Source: Strigamia acuminata
Lineage: Eukaryota
Length of the DNA stretch: 64,000 nt
Reading direction: 5' to 3'
NCBI GenBank assembly: GCA_949358305.1
Contig: OX442314.1
Location: 28,892,001 to 28,956,000 of the forward strand
Of the stretch, positions 1-13,454 are shown piece after piece. The position numbers were made by a program, and so were the translations under genes. How positions within the stretch are numbered: position 1 is the stretch's first letter; each line of letters begins with the position of its first letter. Below the pieces are notes generated by a model, which ran no database searches, was not told where the DNA came from, and worked only from the letters and a program-made list of their open reading frames with translations.

Positions 1-993
1 TTTATCACTATTAAGCCTAATATTGAGCCTGATAATGCTAAAATAAAGTAAATAAACAACAACAACAAACTCATTATTAAAAGTAAATTACACTGTATGA
101 CCAAAATATTGTTGTTTCTTTACTTTATTTTAGCATTATTAGGCCTAATATTAGGCTTAATACTGATTTATTTCAATTATGCAATCATACGCGCGTATTA
201 CGCTAACGTAATGGACCCGGGACGGGTCGGGACCCGAAAATTGGTCCCGTTCTCATCCCTAACGCATATATATCGCAGACATATCGCGCCCACGACAAAG
301 CACAAACCCATGGCAGTCACCAAAGAATATTTACGCCGCTTCCACGCACGTTTTATTTTCTCACAGGCCTCTACACATTTAACTTGCGCGCGCACTTGCT
401 ACGTGCTCGTGTGGTCACAATAAATACCTAATTTTCATTAAAATAACGAATGAACGAAATCACTTCAACCACACTTGCTACGGTCGACGCATCGACGGCG
501 ATTCGCATGCGTTACCCCAAATACCGATCAAAAATCGCAGAAAACACTAATCCCGACCCAAAAACCGCCAAAATTACCCTCAACACACCCCAACAACCTT
601 CCACCACTTAAATTACACCGGAAAAAAAACAATTTCAAACCGAAAAATCAACAAAAAAGGCCAAAAAAATATTGCAAACAAAGAGAAAAGATCAATTATC
701 GAGGCAAATCCCCACCACAAAACAACGCATCGCCGGTAAACACTTAAGCGTACAGTGCACAACACTACTGTTTATTTTCAATGATCCAATAAATAAAATT
801 TGAAACAAAGTTGAGTGGAATTGTACGTTTCTTGTATATTAAAGTTTTTATTTTGTTTGTTTACACTTAATTTTTTTTTTCCATCATAGAATGGCGACTC
901 GATACTTTTGTAGCTCGAATTCACTTCGTAAACGTAATCGGTGTTCATCACGCGTCAATGCGCTCGTGCAATAGTATAGGCGCGCATACGATT

Positions 994-1495
994 TGATGCG
1001 CGCAAAACTTGCAAAACTTGCACGGAATTTGGGCAATTTTTGACAATTTTCAGCAGATTTTTGCCTGTATTTGACAAATTTCAGAAGATTTTTGCCTATA
1101 TTTGACAAATTTCAGAAGATTTCCTCAATCCTCAAACATTTGCTGAAATTTCTCATAAAATTTCTAAAATTAATTGAAATTTGTCTGAAATTTGTCTGCA
1201 ATTTGTCAAATATTGTCAAAAATCCGTGGAAATTTGTCAAATACTGGCAAAAATCCATGTAAATTTGTCAAAAATTGCCATAATTCGGTGCAAATTGTGT
1301 TAGACATTGGAAAAATTTATTTTAACGCTTCCAACGCGCCAGTAAATCGCGCGTGCACACGCGTGGATTTTTCGTCATAGTTGGATGCGCGCAAACCTCA
1401 CGTAACTTGCGCCAAAATTTGGCAATTTTTGACAAATTTCAGCAGATTTTTGCCAGTATTTGACAAATTTCCACTGATTTTTGACAATATTTGAC
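994..1495. repeat. Degenerate direct/inverted repeat block (ggcaatttttgacaaatttcagcagatttttgcc family)
   Basis: Motif forward at ~1030-1120, reverse-complemented at ~1185-1285, forward again at ~1420-1495; possibly a decayed DNA-transposon remnant. Confidence 0.45.
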
Positions 1496-2269
1496 CCAAC
1501 AACTGCGCCACGTTCCAGGCGCCGGTTTAGGCATTTTAGACCCGTTTTAGACCGTTTTAGATGGCGAAAACGTTCTCTCCATCATTTTCTACCCCTGGGT
1601 GAGGTTTTCAGCGTTCATGATTGATGAAAAAGCTGTTTTCTAACTAGCTGTCCCATTGCTAGTTTTGGCGTCAGGTTTTAGCAACCTTCCGATCCGACTC
1701 TGTCGTCTGCACGACCTCCAAGACCGTTTTAGGGTTAATTTGAGTCAAATAATTCATTCTGGGATTGTTTTGGGTTTTTTACAAGTGTGTTTTTGTAGTT
1801 TTTATTGGTTTCAAACATTGTCAATTCTTTATACAAGTGTAACTTTCATTTCTCTGTATTTTGAGAACTTTGCATTGCAGCAAAGTTCATTTCTTGCCCC
1901 TTAATTATTGTGTAATTGTTGGTTTTCAAGCCCGTTTTTTAACAATAACTTTATTTGAAGTGCCTATTGTTTCAGGCACGTGCTTCCACGTGCCTTTTAT
2001 TGTTGAGCAATTTCTTGGGCAGTTGCGCTCCTGTTGCTAGCATTACCGCGCGTTCTCCGCGCGCGTACTCGCGCGTTTCGCATCACACACATTCGGGTTC
2101 AATGGCCTATCGCGGCGGCACATTGTGTGGCATAGCGCGGCACGTTGCAATTACGTGACGTGGCACGTTGCTGTTACGTGACGCAATAGCCAGTATTTAA
2201 GCAGGGGATTCCATCATCGTTTACACAAATGCGCATTGCAACGTGGAGGCGCATTCGAGTCCTTTTCCC

Positions 2270-4988
2270 AAGCGTTGAAAAAGGACAAAACTCGTATTCG
2301 ATTCGAAAGCGAATCGAATACGATTTTTGTCCTTTTTCAACGCAAAATTGTATTCGATTCGCTTTCGAATCGAATACGAGTTTTGCCCTTCTTCAACGCG
2401 AAATCGTATTCGACTCGTTTTCGAGTCGAATGCGAATTTTGCCCTTCTTCAACGCGAAATCGTATTCGACTCGCTTTCGAATCGAATACGAGTTTTGCCC
2501 TTCTTCAACGCGAAATCGTATTCGACTCGTTTTCGAGTCGAGTACGAATTTTGCCCTTCTTCAACGCGAAATCGTATTCGATTCGCTTTCGAATCGTATA
2601 CGAGATGGTCGATTTTTGTTTCCCGGACTTTGATTCGTATTCGAGTTGTTACGAGTTCGTATTTTGATCGTATTCGTATTCGAATCGAATTCGAATCGTA
2701 TTCGAATCGAATACGAATCGAATTCGAGTCGTATTCGAGATGGTCGATGATTTCCACTCGCTCGTATACGCGTTGTATACGAGCTCGTATTTTGATCGTA
2801 ATCGTAAACGAATCGTTTACAAGTCGTATACAAGTTGTATACGACGTGTATACACCTCGTATACGAACGAAGTTTGTGAAAACACAATTTCCAAATAAGA
2901 CGTATGTGACTACTATGTGTTTTCATGTCGTAGTAAGTATCCGGTGGATTTTCCAAACTTCGTTCGTATACGAGGTGTATACACGTCGTATACAACTTGT
3001 ATACGACTTGTAAACGATTCGTTTACGATTACGATCAAAATACGAGCTCGTATACAACGCGTATACGAGCAAGTGGAAATCATCGACCATCTCGAATGCG
3101 ACTCGAATACGATTCGAATACATCTCGAATACATCTCGAATACGAGTCGTACGAGTCAAAGTCCGGGAACGGGTCATCGACTATCTCGTATTCGAGTTGT
3201 TACGAGTTCGTATTTTGATCGTATTCGTATTCGAATCGAATTCGAATCGTATTCGAATCGAATACGAATCGAATTCGAGTCGTATTCGAGATGGTCGATG
3301 ATTTCCACTCGCTCGTATACGCGTTGTATACGAGCTCGTATTTTGATCGTAATCGTAAACGAATCGTTTACAAGTCGTATACAAGTCGTATACGACGTGT
3401 ATACACCTCGTATACGAACGAAGTTTGGAAAATCCACCGGACACTTACTACGACATGAAAACACATAGTAGTCACATACGTCTTATTTGGAAATTGTGTT
3501 TTCACAAACTTCGTTCGTATACGAGGTGTATACACGTCGTATACGACTTGTATACGACTTGTAAACGATTCGTTTACGATTACGATCAAAATACGAGCTC
3601 GTATACAACGCGTATACGAGCGAGTGGAAATCATCGACCATCTCGAATACGACTCGAATTCGATTAGTATTCGATTCGAATACGATTCGAATTCGATTCG
3701 AATACGAATACGATCAAAATACGAACTCGTAACAACTCGAATACGAGATAGTCGATGACCCGTTCCCGGACTTTGACTCGTACGACTCGTATTCGAGATG
3801 TATTCGAGATGTATTCGAATCGTATTCGAGTCGCATTCGAGATGGTCGATGATTTCCACTCGCTCGTATACGCGTTGTATACGAGCTCGTATTTTGATCG
3901 TAATCGTAAACGAATCGTTTACAAGTCGTATACAAGTCGTATACGACGTGTATACACCTCGTATACGAACGAAGTTTGGAAAATCCACCGGACACTTACT
4001 ACGACATGAAAACACATAGTAGTCACATACGTCTTATTTGGAAATTGTGTTTTCACAAACTTCGTTCGTATACGAGGTGTATACACGTCGTATACGACTT
4101 GTATACGACTTGTAAACGATTCGTTTACGATTACGATCAAAATACGAGCTCGTATACAACGCGTATACGAGCGAGTGGAAATCATCGACCATCTCGAATA
4201 CGACTCGAATTCGATTCGTATTCGATTCGAATACGATTCGAATTCGATTCGAATACGAATACGATCAAAATACGAACTCGTAACAACTCGAATACAAATC
4301 AAAGTCCGGGAAACAAAAATCGACCATCTCGTATACGATTCGAAAGCGAATCGAATACGATTTCGCGTTGAAGAAGGGCAAAATTCGCATTCGACTCGAA
4401 AACGAGTCGAATACGAATTCGCATTCGACTCGAAAACGAGTCGAATACGATTTCGCGTTGAAGAAGGGCAAAATTCGCATTCGACTCGAAAACGAGTCGA
4501 ATACGATTTCGCGTTGAAGAAGGGCAAAACTCGCATTCGACTCGAAAACGAGTCGAATACGATTTCGCGTTGAGAAAGGGCAAAATTCGCATTCGACTCG
4601 AAAACGAGTCGAATACGATTTCGCGTTGAAGAAGGGCAAAACTCGCATTCGACTCGAAAACGAGTCGAATACGATTTCGCATTCGACTCGAAAACGAGTC
4701 GAATACGATTTCGCGTCGAAGAAGGGCAAAATTCGCATTCGACTCGAAAACGAGTCGAATACGATTTCGCGTTGAAGAAGGGCAAAACTCGCATTCGACT
4801 CGAAAACGAGTCGAATACGATTTCGCGTTGAGAAAGGGCAAAATTCGCATTCGACTCGAAAACGAGTCGAATACGATTTCGCGTTGAAGAAGGGCAAAAC
4901 TCGCATTCGACTCGAAAACGAGTCGAATACGATTTCGCGTCAAAGAAGGGCAAAATTTGCATTCGACTCGAAAACGAGTCGAATACGA
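2270..4988. repeat. Foldback-like nested palindrome with 56-bp tandem repeats in both arms
   Basis: 56-bp unit (copies at 4455 and 4511) with internal hairpin ttcgactcg-aaaa-cgagtcgaa; left arm is the reverse complement of the right arm; symmetry centre in the spacer at ~3427-3505. Confidence 0.85.
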
Positions 4989-5348
4989 GATCATTTTTTG
5001 ATCTGGGTCGTGAATGCGTCCGTATGTCACGCGAACGCGTGTTGGAGTCGATTCCGAGTTCGTATTCCATCTTGAACGCGCATTGGAGACGTAAACCAGT
5101 TTATTTTACCCACTCTCGCTCGATCCCGCTTCATCGCTCCTTGTCGCTCCTGTGAAAAAAAATACATGAGAATGTGCAGAAATGAACCTTCCAATACTCA
5201 CATGAAAATTGACAACCTTGACACAAAACAGTCTATTGACACTCCCAACACCACCCCGGACGTTTTCCGGAAGAGTTTGGTCCACCCGGAATCCCCAGAA
5301 TAGTCGCCCCCGAAATGCGGATTTCACGGAAGCCAATCCGCGAAAAGG

Positions 5349-5607
5349 TTAAAAGCGCACAGTGTATCCCCACAAATCACCATTGTTGAAGGTGCACACG
5401 CTCAACAATTGGTTGATTCCGCTCAATTTGAAGCGGATGCAGAGAACGAGGCTCGACAAGCCATTCGCGAGAGACGGAGGAAGCTGGCGGAAAGAGAAGC
5501 GCAAGCTCTCGAGTACGGCAGAACCCAGCCCAATCCGACGACTCCCGAGGAGGTAGAAATAGTTGACCGAGCCCTGAGAGCACATCGATATGCTTTCCAC
5601 TCGCAAC
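5349..5607 (+). pseudogene. Isolated fragment of element-B-family gag next to the assembly gap
   Basis: Reverse complement of ~23708-23966 with one visible substitution; no LTR in front of it. Confidence 0.85.
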
Positions 5608-5807
5608 NNNNNNNNNNNNNNNNNNNNNNNNNNNNNNNNNNNNNNNNNNNNNNNNNNNNNNNNNNNNNNNNNNNNNNNNNNNNNNNNNNNNNNNNNNNNN
5701 NNNNNNNNNNNNNNNNNNNNNNNNNNNNNNNNNNNNNNNNNNNNNNNNNNNNNNNNNNNNNNNNNNNNNNNNNNNNNNNNNNNNNNNNNNNNNNNNNNNN
5801 NNNNNNN
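5608..5807. other. Assembly gap (200 N)
   Basis: Run of N. Confidence 1.
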
Positions 5808-5933
5808 GCCACACCAAACGGTTAATTAATGGACTCACCCCAGCCAAATTGGGGTGAATTATGCTAGGGGAGTTTTCCTCCCTTAATTATGTAACTTGGT
5901 TTGACCGTCTTGTTGAAACACATATTGGCCACA
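5808..5933 (-). mobile_element. Terminal fragment of an LTR related to the 10217-11605 LTR
   Basis: caccccagccaaattggggtgaa...ctaggggagttttcctcc...aattatgtaacttggtttg matches ~11415-11510; ends ggccaca. Confidence 0.6.
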
Positions 5934-6947
5934 TCAATATCACCCAATTTCGGCAAATTCAAATATTGTCTTATTCCATAAATAACCCTATCCTATGCAC
6001 TTTATGATTCAATAAAAAAATAACAGTCTAAAGACTAAAAATTTTTCTATTTAATTCAAATCTTGCATAATTTTGGGTATGGTTCAAAGTTATATTGCAA
6101 TGGATTATAAAGTATTGTGAAATGTATTGGGTTTGACAAAGCACTTGAAAATGTATTTTTTAATACATTTTGTAAAATGTATGATGAAATGCATTCCATT
6201 ACTATTTGTCAAATACGCATGCATTGTGAATATACATATTTACAAAATATGTTTTAAAATATATTTTAAAGTACTATTGTTAGAGAATTGTATTTGTAAA
6301 TGCATTGTCAAAATATATATTTTTTGATTGTATTATTCATGCATTAATTACTGCATGAATAATATACAGTATTTCAATTCCGCGAAAAGCAATATATTTT
6401 GGAATAGATCTTGAAATGCATTTGGGAAGGCATTAATTGGGCAAATCCAAATGAAATATGAACCATATGCGATAATAAAACAGCAGTAACAAAGAAAATA
6501 AAAGAAAAAAGAAAAAAGCAGTTTCAGGCTGAAAAAAATGCCATTTTGAGCATGAAAAATGCCGATTTGAACATGAAAAATGCCGATTTGAAGCTGAAAA
6601 ACGCTGAAAGGCAAAAACAAAAAACAGACAGCAGACCAACAGTCAGTTGAACTAAAGAAGGAGAAGTCAATGGCTAAAAGCAGAAGCAAAGACGTTTGAA
6701 GAACAATCCTAAACCATACATTAATAAATTCCGTTGTATTTGTCATGTGATACATTAATGATTACAATGTACAGATTAGTTTAGTATACCTACAGTAACA
6801 TGTTTAAGACAATTTTGCATCGTATCTTTGAATTTATTATTTGTTGACCCAAGCTTTAAGTCAAAAACTTATTTTCCATTCCTGAAAGTAGTTACCAGTA
6901 TGCTTGCAACTAAAATGTTTTTATTATCGAAAACTATTTATTCGCAG

Positions 6948-8713
6948 ATGCAACATGAGAAGACAAGTCAGACCCAGACGAGTCACATATGAAAAACAAC
7001 CTATTAAAAAACTTCAAACTGATTTTTTGGGATTGAATAAATTGTGTGATCATTCACACAGCGGATTTTTCAAACTGGTTTGGTTCCTACTTGTCGTGGC
7101 TTGCTTCACTGCTTGTTTGTTCCAAATTTACACGCGTGTGAGCGTTTACCTTGATGGGGCAATTACGCAGGAAGTAGAATTCCGACCCCAAAAATCTTTT
7201 TCATTTCCTTCGATCGCTATATGCAATATGCACATACATTATCTAATGAGTTATATAGGAAATCAACCAAACACAATAAATAAGAAGACACGTGACTTAA
7301 TCAACAGCGATGTCGACGAATTATGGACTACATTGGGTAGAATAAATCTCGACCACTTTTGCGCCGTAAGTAAAATTAAACTGCATTTTCATTTAACTAA
7401 GGTTTGGCATAAAAATCAGTAACAGTTTAATCTACTTGTAATTGTTTATATCCTCAGGGAACAGCATACTTTAGACGCATTTGTGGAAAAAAACTTTTTG
7501 AGAAAATGACAGCATACTCCGTTAATACCGCAATTGGAAATTGTGTGATGCTTAACATGAGTAATATGTAGAATATATCAGATTATTGAAAACGTTATAG
7601 CGAAAAAGTTTCTACAGGCTTGCATTTTTCATATGTATTGCCATGAATAACCGCCACAGAGGTTACATCCACTCTTCAATAGGAATGCTGCCAAAAGGAA
7701 ATCGTCCCAATTTCCTGTTTTCAGCCTATCTCTGGGCAACGATCAGTTTCCTGTAGAAACCTGTTTGCAATAACGTTTACAAACTATGTCAGAAATTCGA
7801 TTGAATAGCAATTATACAATTACAGATGAAAAAATGGTGTACAAAGGTCCATTCACTTTTTTAAATTTGGGCTGGAACACTGTCGAGGCTCCCTATGATG
7901 TACCAATTCTATTGGTAAGGTTATACATATGAGGAAAACAAGAAACGGAAAATGTGTATAAAATGGGACAGTTTCTTTCAGTTTTCTCTCCACAGTGATA
8001 CTTTCCAGCATGTGTATGACGGCCTTGTTGTATCTGAAGATCCCAATACCGATTTTTATACAGAGTACCGAATATTTGAAAAAGAGGTGCAGTAATACAA
8101 TTATAAAAAGAAATGAATGCTTTCCTATATCAATCCAAATTTTAGTTTAAGAATTTGAATTCACCTCGCAATCCCTGTGCACCGGCAGAAGAAGTTACAA
8201 CTTGCATAACTAATTGCTTAGACAAATTACTAGAAAAAGAGTTAACTTGTAGGTAAGGTTCCAATGCATGTAGGTTACAACTGTTTCATCCGGATGTTTG
8301 TGTAATCTCTCACTTTGTTTGACAGATTACCATTTTTTAATTCCACGCTACCACGCTGCACCAGATTTAATGAAATTGAGAAAGGATTTTGGACTAGTTG
8401 GGAAGCAGCAATCGAAATGGTCAAAAATGTTAAACCTTGTCACTGTAAACGTAAATGTAACGAGATCAAATACACATTGAATAAGGAAACGGAGGCAAAT
8501 AATGATAGCTCAAACAGAACAGGGTTGAATTTCCTTTTTTCAGCTGAAACACACGAAACGATTATAGAGCGACAAATGTTCTCGCTTTCAGCTTTGTTCA
8601 GTGAAATCGGTGGAAGCCTCGGTTTATACCTTGGCATCAGCATTTTCACAATTGCTGATCTCACTAGCTTTCTTGCCCGACTTTCAATTTCCAAGTTTAA
8701 ACGCTTTTTCTAA
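6948..8713 (+). CDS. DEG/ENaC (amiloride-sensitive sodium channel family) subunit, copy 1; exons 6948-7365, 7458-7560, 7826-7914, 7982-8086, 8146-8252, 8326-8713; first exon not seen (in-frame ATG at 6955)
   Basis: TM1 LVWFLLVVACF, FPSIAICN, GNCxxxN, CxCKRKC, TM2 SEIGGSLGLYLGISIFT; GT-AG introns with compatible phases give an open frame. Confidence 0.9.
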
Positions 8714-9157
8714 AATAATAAATTCCGCTTCAGTTAAGATTTCAGTAAGCCAAATCAAATGTACCATACAATAAGTCAATTTCTGCACCTTTAGAAATGA
8801 TAAAAAGAAATCCTCCAGCAGTGTTTAATAAATAATAAGGTTTGAATGAGGCGTATAAATGGGTTTGCTCTCGTTTAGAAAGACTCCCAAAGCACGTCCG
8901 TCGACGTCAATCGGTCACAAAATTAACAACAACACACTACACCAACACTTTGCTCTGCCCACCTACCAAAATTATTCTACCAAGTCAAAAAAACAATCCA
9001 TTATTTCTCATTGATCAGTCGCACATTACTGTTCGCTTTCTCACGTATTCTAATAAAGTCCCAAAAAGTATTTCACTTTATTGAAAGAGAGCACATTAGA
9101 ACGTTTCAACTGTCAATTAATGTAATTGTATTCTGTATAATTCATTATGTGCAAGTA

Positions 9158-9410
9158 CGGTGAAGTAAAAAAAAAACTGTACCCTCACTTTATGCTGGCA
9201 ATTGAAATTGTAAGTAATTTTGTATTTTGCCACTAGGGAAAACACAAGACACAAAACATGTGTATATTACTTGTAATGCAGACTACTGAGGGTATACAAG
9301 TATTATCACCTGTTGATGTCTGGTGTTTAAACTAGTGGAAAAACAGAAAATTACTCACAATTTCAATTGCTAGACTAGAGGGAGGGTCCAATTGTTTTAA
9401 TACCCGACTG
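9158..9410. mobile_element. Degenerate Tc1/mariner-type MITE
   Basis: ~60 bp imperfect terminal inverted repeats (gcaattgaaattgt.agtaattt core), TA on both sides. Confidence 0.6.
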
Positions 9411-9411
9411 T

Positions 9412-9537
9412 ATACACATTGAATAAGGAAACGGAGGCAAATAATGATAGCTCAAACAGAACAGGGTTGAATTTCCTTTTTTCAGCTGAAACACACGAAA
9501 CGATTATAGAGCGACAAATGTTCTCGCTTTCAGCTTT
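9412..9537 (+). repeat. 126-bp duplicate of part of the last exon of ENaC copy 1
   Basis: Identical by eye to 8470-8595. Confidence 0.9.
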
Positions 9538-10216
9538 AATCAATTTAATCAATTTTCTGAAACTGTAATTCACACGTCATTTTTCCGAATTTTTTCATAA
9601 TTGGGCAGTTTAGTGAATTTTGCTTAACTAATTCATTTTGGTGGATATCTGGATATCCACTCATACAAGAACCCTAACAATTTCTTAAACCCAATTTGAA
9701 TAAATTTCCTACGGTACGGCTAGTTAGACATTTGAAATTTTCTGCTTTTTTACTATCAACTTGTACTTTTCAGTTTGATATTCTCAAATTGTATCTCTTC
9801 GTCCATATGTTTATGCACAAAAGAATGTAGGAAGTATAGTAATAAACAGTACTTAAATGCAGCAAATTAGTTGAAAACATTTCTGGATGCACATCAGACT
9901 ATACGTATAAAAGAAACACACTTGTCAGAACAAACCGGGTTGAGGTTTGATTTTTGGCCATTGCATAGGTCGCTTTGCTGCACCCCAACTTCGGAGTTAG
10001 GACCAACCGCTTCTCGCGACTGTAAGCAAATATGGTGTTTGACCACAGCTGGCCCAATTTTGACTGTGCTGGGTTTTCAGGATTCTACAAACAAATTTAA
10101 ATCAAATAAAGTTCCGGAACTTGGAACGTACGTATAGGTCATCTATCATAGAATTAGCCTCACAGTAAGGAGTAGGAGCGGTCTTCGATTCGCGTTGGGG
10201 CAGCAAACGGTCGATT

Positions 10217-11605
10217 TGCAGCCTTTCGTCAATAAGAGTCGGTAAAGGAATTTATCTAAATAAATACTTACCTTTTATTTGGATAACTCACAATCGAGAT
10301 GCCGTTAATAGGCCTTGAACTCTGTTGCCTGTAAAAAGTGTCTAGGGGTGTTTAAAAAACGAGAATACAGTTTTGGTTCAATAAAAATGACAAAATATCT
10401 TTATTGCTAGAAATTACAATGCAATTAATGGGACATATGATAAATTATTTGACTAGAAATTAAGGCTAAATTAGAAAGAAATAGAAATGAAACGTAAGCG
10501 ACAAAGCTCACGCGAAACTAAGGAAGTTTTCGCGTTTGTTGCAAGCGAAATGGCGAAGCGGATTCGCCTAGAAAAATTGCGCTCGTTCGTGCGATGGCAA
10601 GGACTGCAAGCTCCGGAGGGACTCCGCGGTGGCTTGCAGACACTGGCGATGGTTCACGGCGAGTTCTTTGCTTGTGACAATGACGGCGTGCCCGGACAAG
10701 TTAATGGAGCACACAATAATCGGCAGTGAGCTGTTATAATTACACTGTTCGTTTGATGGTGTAGACTGTAAACTCCGGAGGGACTCCGCGGTGGTTTACA
10801 GTCGTTCACGATGGTTCACAAGCAGCGGTTTGCTCTGTCGGCGATGGTGAGTCTCTGACAAGTCAACGAGACTCAACGATGGTCGGCGATGAGCGAGTGT
10901 TTCTCGGGCGTTACTCGAAATTCGTATAGTGCTTGTAACAAACACGTTTGTTACACACGGGCGCAAAAGCAGGCTAATCTCACTGAGCTTTGTCAGTGAG
11001 AGCAGCAATGAATCTCTTATCACAAAACGTTAACACTATCAATACCTGATGTCATTTGAAGTAGTGACGGTTTTGTTCTTGTGTTTGTGATAATTTCTTG
11101 AGACTGACTCAAAACCGCCAAAATTTGGGGTTTTATGCAATCTCTGGCCCTGTGCACTAAATATGCGCAGAAAGCTAATTTTGATACAACAAAAGAATTT
11201 GTTGCGCCAAAACCGTTTATTTTGCACCATACCCTGGCTGAAAAGGCGGGTGAAGTGTGTCTAGGCACACTTCAGTTCTGAGCCTTAAATGTACGCCGTG
11301 AGCTTAATTTGGTGCAGAAGTATGGCAATCCTGCACCTGCAGGCCTGGCACACTTCGGATCCTGCTCAGTAAAGCTGCGCAATTAGCTTGGTTTGGTGCA
11401 ACAAAGGATTTGTTGCACCAAAACAGTTAATTAACGGCTTCACCCCAGCCAAATTGGGGTGAAAATGCTAGGGGAGTTTTCCTCCCCTAATTATGTAACT
11501 TGGTTTGGCTTGTGCCAAACTACAATAAAATAAAAATATACAATTTCTTAAGTGGTGACTTTTTTATTTATTGCAAAACATAAAAAATACTTCAGGGTCA
11601 CTACA
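10217..11605 (-). mobile_element. Solo LTR-like remnant related to the element A LTR
   Basis: TG...ggtcactaCA ends; shares gagatgccgt, tgtctagggg and ctgctcagtaaagctgcgca blocks with LTR A; flanks gatt/aatg do not form a TSD, so the left boundary is uncertain. Confidence 0.6.
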
Positions 11606-11920
11606 AATGGTTATTCTGATAAATCTTTTCGGAAATCACTGGTCAGAACAATGCAGTTGCAGATCTATGACACTCGTGGTGAATTGGATGAAAGAATAAC
11701 ATAGACCAAAGAAATAAAATATTATTTCTCCAAAATTGGCTGAAAACGACCACCGCGAATGCTCGGTGTGCCTGGCATACGCCAAGCCTAGCAATGGTGC
11801 AGATTGGGTGGCAACATCCTAATTAGTTGCAGCCAGGGGCGGATCTAGCTTTTCGGAAGAAAAATTTAAAAAAAATATATTTAAAAAAAAGCTACTAAGA
11901 CTTTAGACCGGTTCGTGACT

Positions 11921-12403
11921 TGCGGCGATCCGGGTTTTTACTTAATAAATCGAGGAGACTTATCAAGCAATCGTCGTAGAGATGCCGTACAGGACTTCTA
12001 CTCTGTGGCCAAATGTTTGTCTAGGGGAATGATTTTACACAGAGTAAAGGAAAAATTAGATAGTTTTAATTAGTTCAAAAATATACAGGAGATATATGCA
12101 AAATAATAATGTTTGGGGTCGATCTGGCTTCTTCTTCACCAATATAAACTCACAGTTGACCGTTGGCTCCAAGATGGCGTCGACGGCGTCGTGTGAGCGC
12201 GGAATTTTAGCGGAGTAAACTCAACGCTAAAATACGCCTCTAAATATACTAAAATCCTCGCGGAGCAAGCTCAACACGAGAATACGTCTTGCACACAGCG
12301 ATTCGATTATTACGGAGCAAGCTCGACGTAACAATCGGTCTTCACACAGATCGCTTTGTGGAGTTAAACTCGACACAAAGCCTTCAAATTGACAGAGCAA
12401 GCG
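11921..12403 (-). repeat. Element A 3' LTR, left part (split by element B)
   Basis: Matches 46591-47073 with about five substitutions. Confidence 0.95.
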
Positions 12404-13418
12404 TGTCGCGCTCAACTCTAACCGTCGCTAACTCGTGGGTTGATTACTTAATTCGACTAACTCACTACCGCTTTGTTCGAGCGGTTTACCCAAAGAAATG
12501 ATTACACAGATATAAAAGGTAAAATATAATATAGATTTATTCTGTGGGACAATGTACAGATATATCTTATATATATATATGAAAGGTAAGTAAAAGGTAA
12601 ATCGGAATAGGTGATGGGAAATGGAGAGGTAAAGGTAAGATGAAAGCTGGCTGGAATCGGCGAGGTCGTCTGTTGTCTCGTTCGTGTCCAAGATGGCGTC
12701 CTCGTTGTGGCAACGTGATGTCGTCTTGGGCCGGCGTGGCAAGATGGCGTCCTCGACTCGTCTCTGGCTGGTCCTTCGGGCTCACGCTGGTCAAGCGCGA
12801 GTGAATGCTTAGTTAAAAGGCTTACTTCGGTCTGTTGTCTAGGTTTTTGTGTGGTGTCCGGCGATCACACAGCGGCGGACTCTTCTGGCTCCCGGCGGTC
12901 ACACAGCGGCGGGAACGCTCGTCGTGGTTTAACTGCAGTTTAGGCTTGTGCGACCGTTTGTCTGCACAACTCGCTAAACTGGAGTGGTTTTTACTATTTC
13001 TAGCTGATGTGCTAAAATAGTGTGGTAATCTTATCTCGCAGGTTACTCTGCGGAGTTTGACACTGACCAAACGTACTCACGGTAAATTGTCCTTTGTCCT
13101 TGGTCAATCCCAGTATATTTACTTGGGCCTGATCTTGTAGGACGACGGGTTTACGTGTGTTTCTCGTTTGATGGTTGTGTTGGTTCTGCCCGCTCAGTGC
13201 AAGGCACATTCCTTTGCACAAAGCGGGGTTGACAGGTGACCGGAATCACCCAATGGTGGGGTGGACGAGCCATCCCCACTCCCTCAGGGCAGACGCCTGT
13301 CCATTGACTAGATGTCAATGCACTGAGGGAAGGGAGACGCGCTTGCGGCTCCCCTTACACCCGAAACGAGGTCACGAGAGAAACTCTTCGTTGACCCCGG
13401 TCCAGTCGGGTCACCACA
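12404..13418 (-). repeat. Element B 3' LTR
   Basis: tgtcgcg...gtcaccaca; three clustered substitutions near 12911-12918 versus 24660-25674. Confidence 0.95.
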
Positions 13419-13430
13419 CTTCCCCCTCCG
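13419..13430 (-). promoter_or_regulatory. Polypurine tract of element B
   Basis: Minus strand CGGAGGGGGAAG directly before the 3' LTR. Confidence 0.85.
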
Positions 13431-13454
13431 AGCTCAGACCGTGGGGCTGAGCGA

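Noticed and set aside
4340..4988. CRISPR-like array of palindromic repeats
   Set aside because: Units are contiguous with no unique spacers, no cas genes, eukaryotic context
2229..5075. Many overlapping ORFs of up to 383 aa
   Set aside because: By-products of a stop-poor palindromic repeat; they occur in several frames on both strands
6348..6755. 135-aa hydrophobic ORF with 21-bp repeats
   Set aside because: Low-complexity, A-rich sequence with no support as a gene
7561..7600. In-frame stops after GNCVMLN suggesting copies 1 and 3 are pseudogenes
   Set aside because: They fall in an intron; a phase-1 GT donor at this position is shared by all four copies
12401..12404. Non-canonical LTR end for B
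   Set aside because: Explained by one substitution or polishing error in the 4-bp TSD (AGCG vs AGCT); both LTRs are 1015 bp and TG..CA
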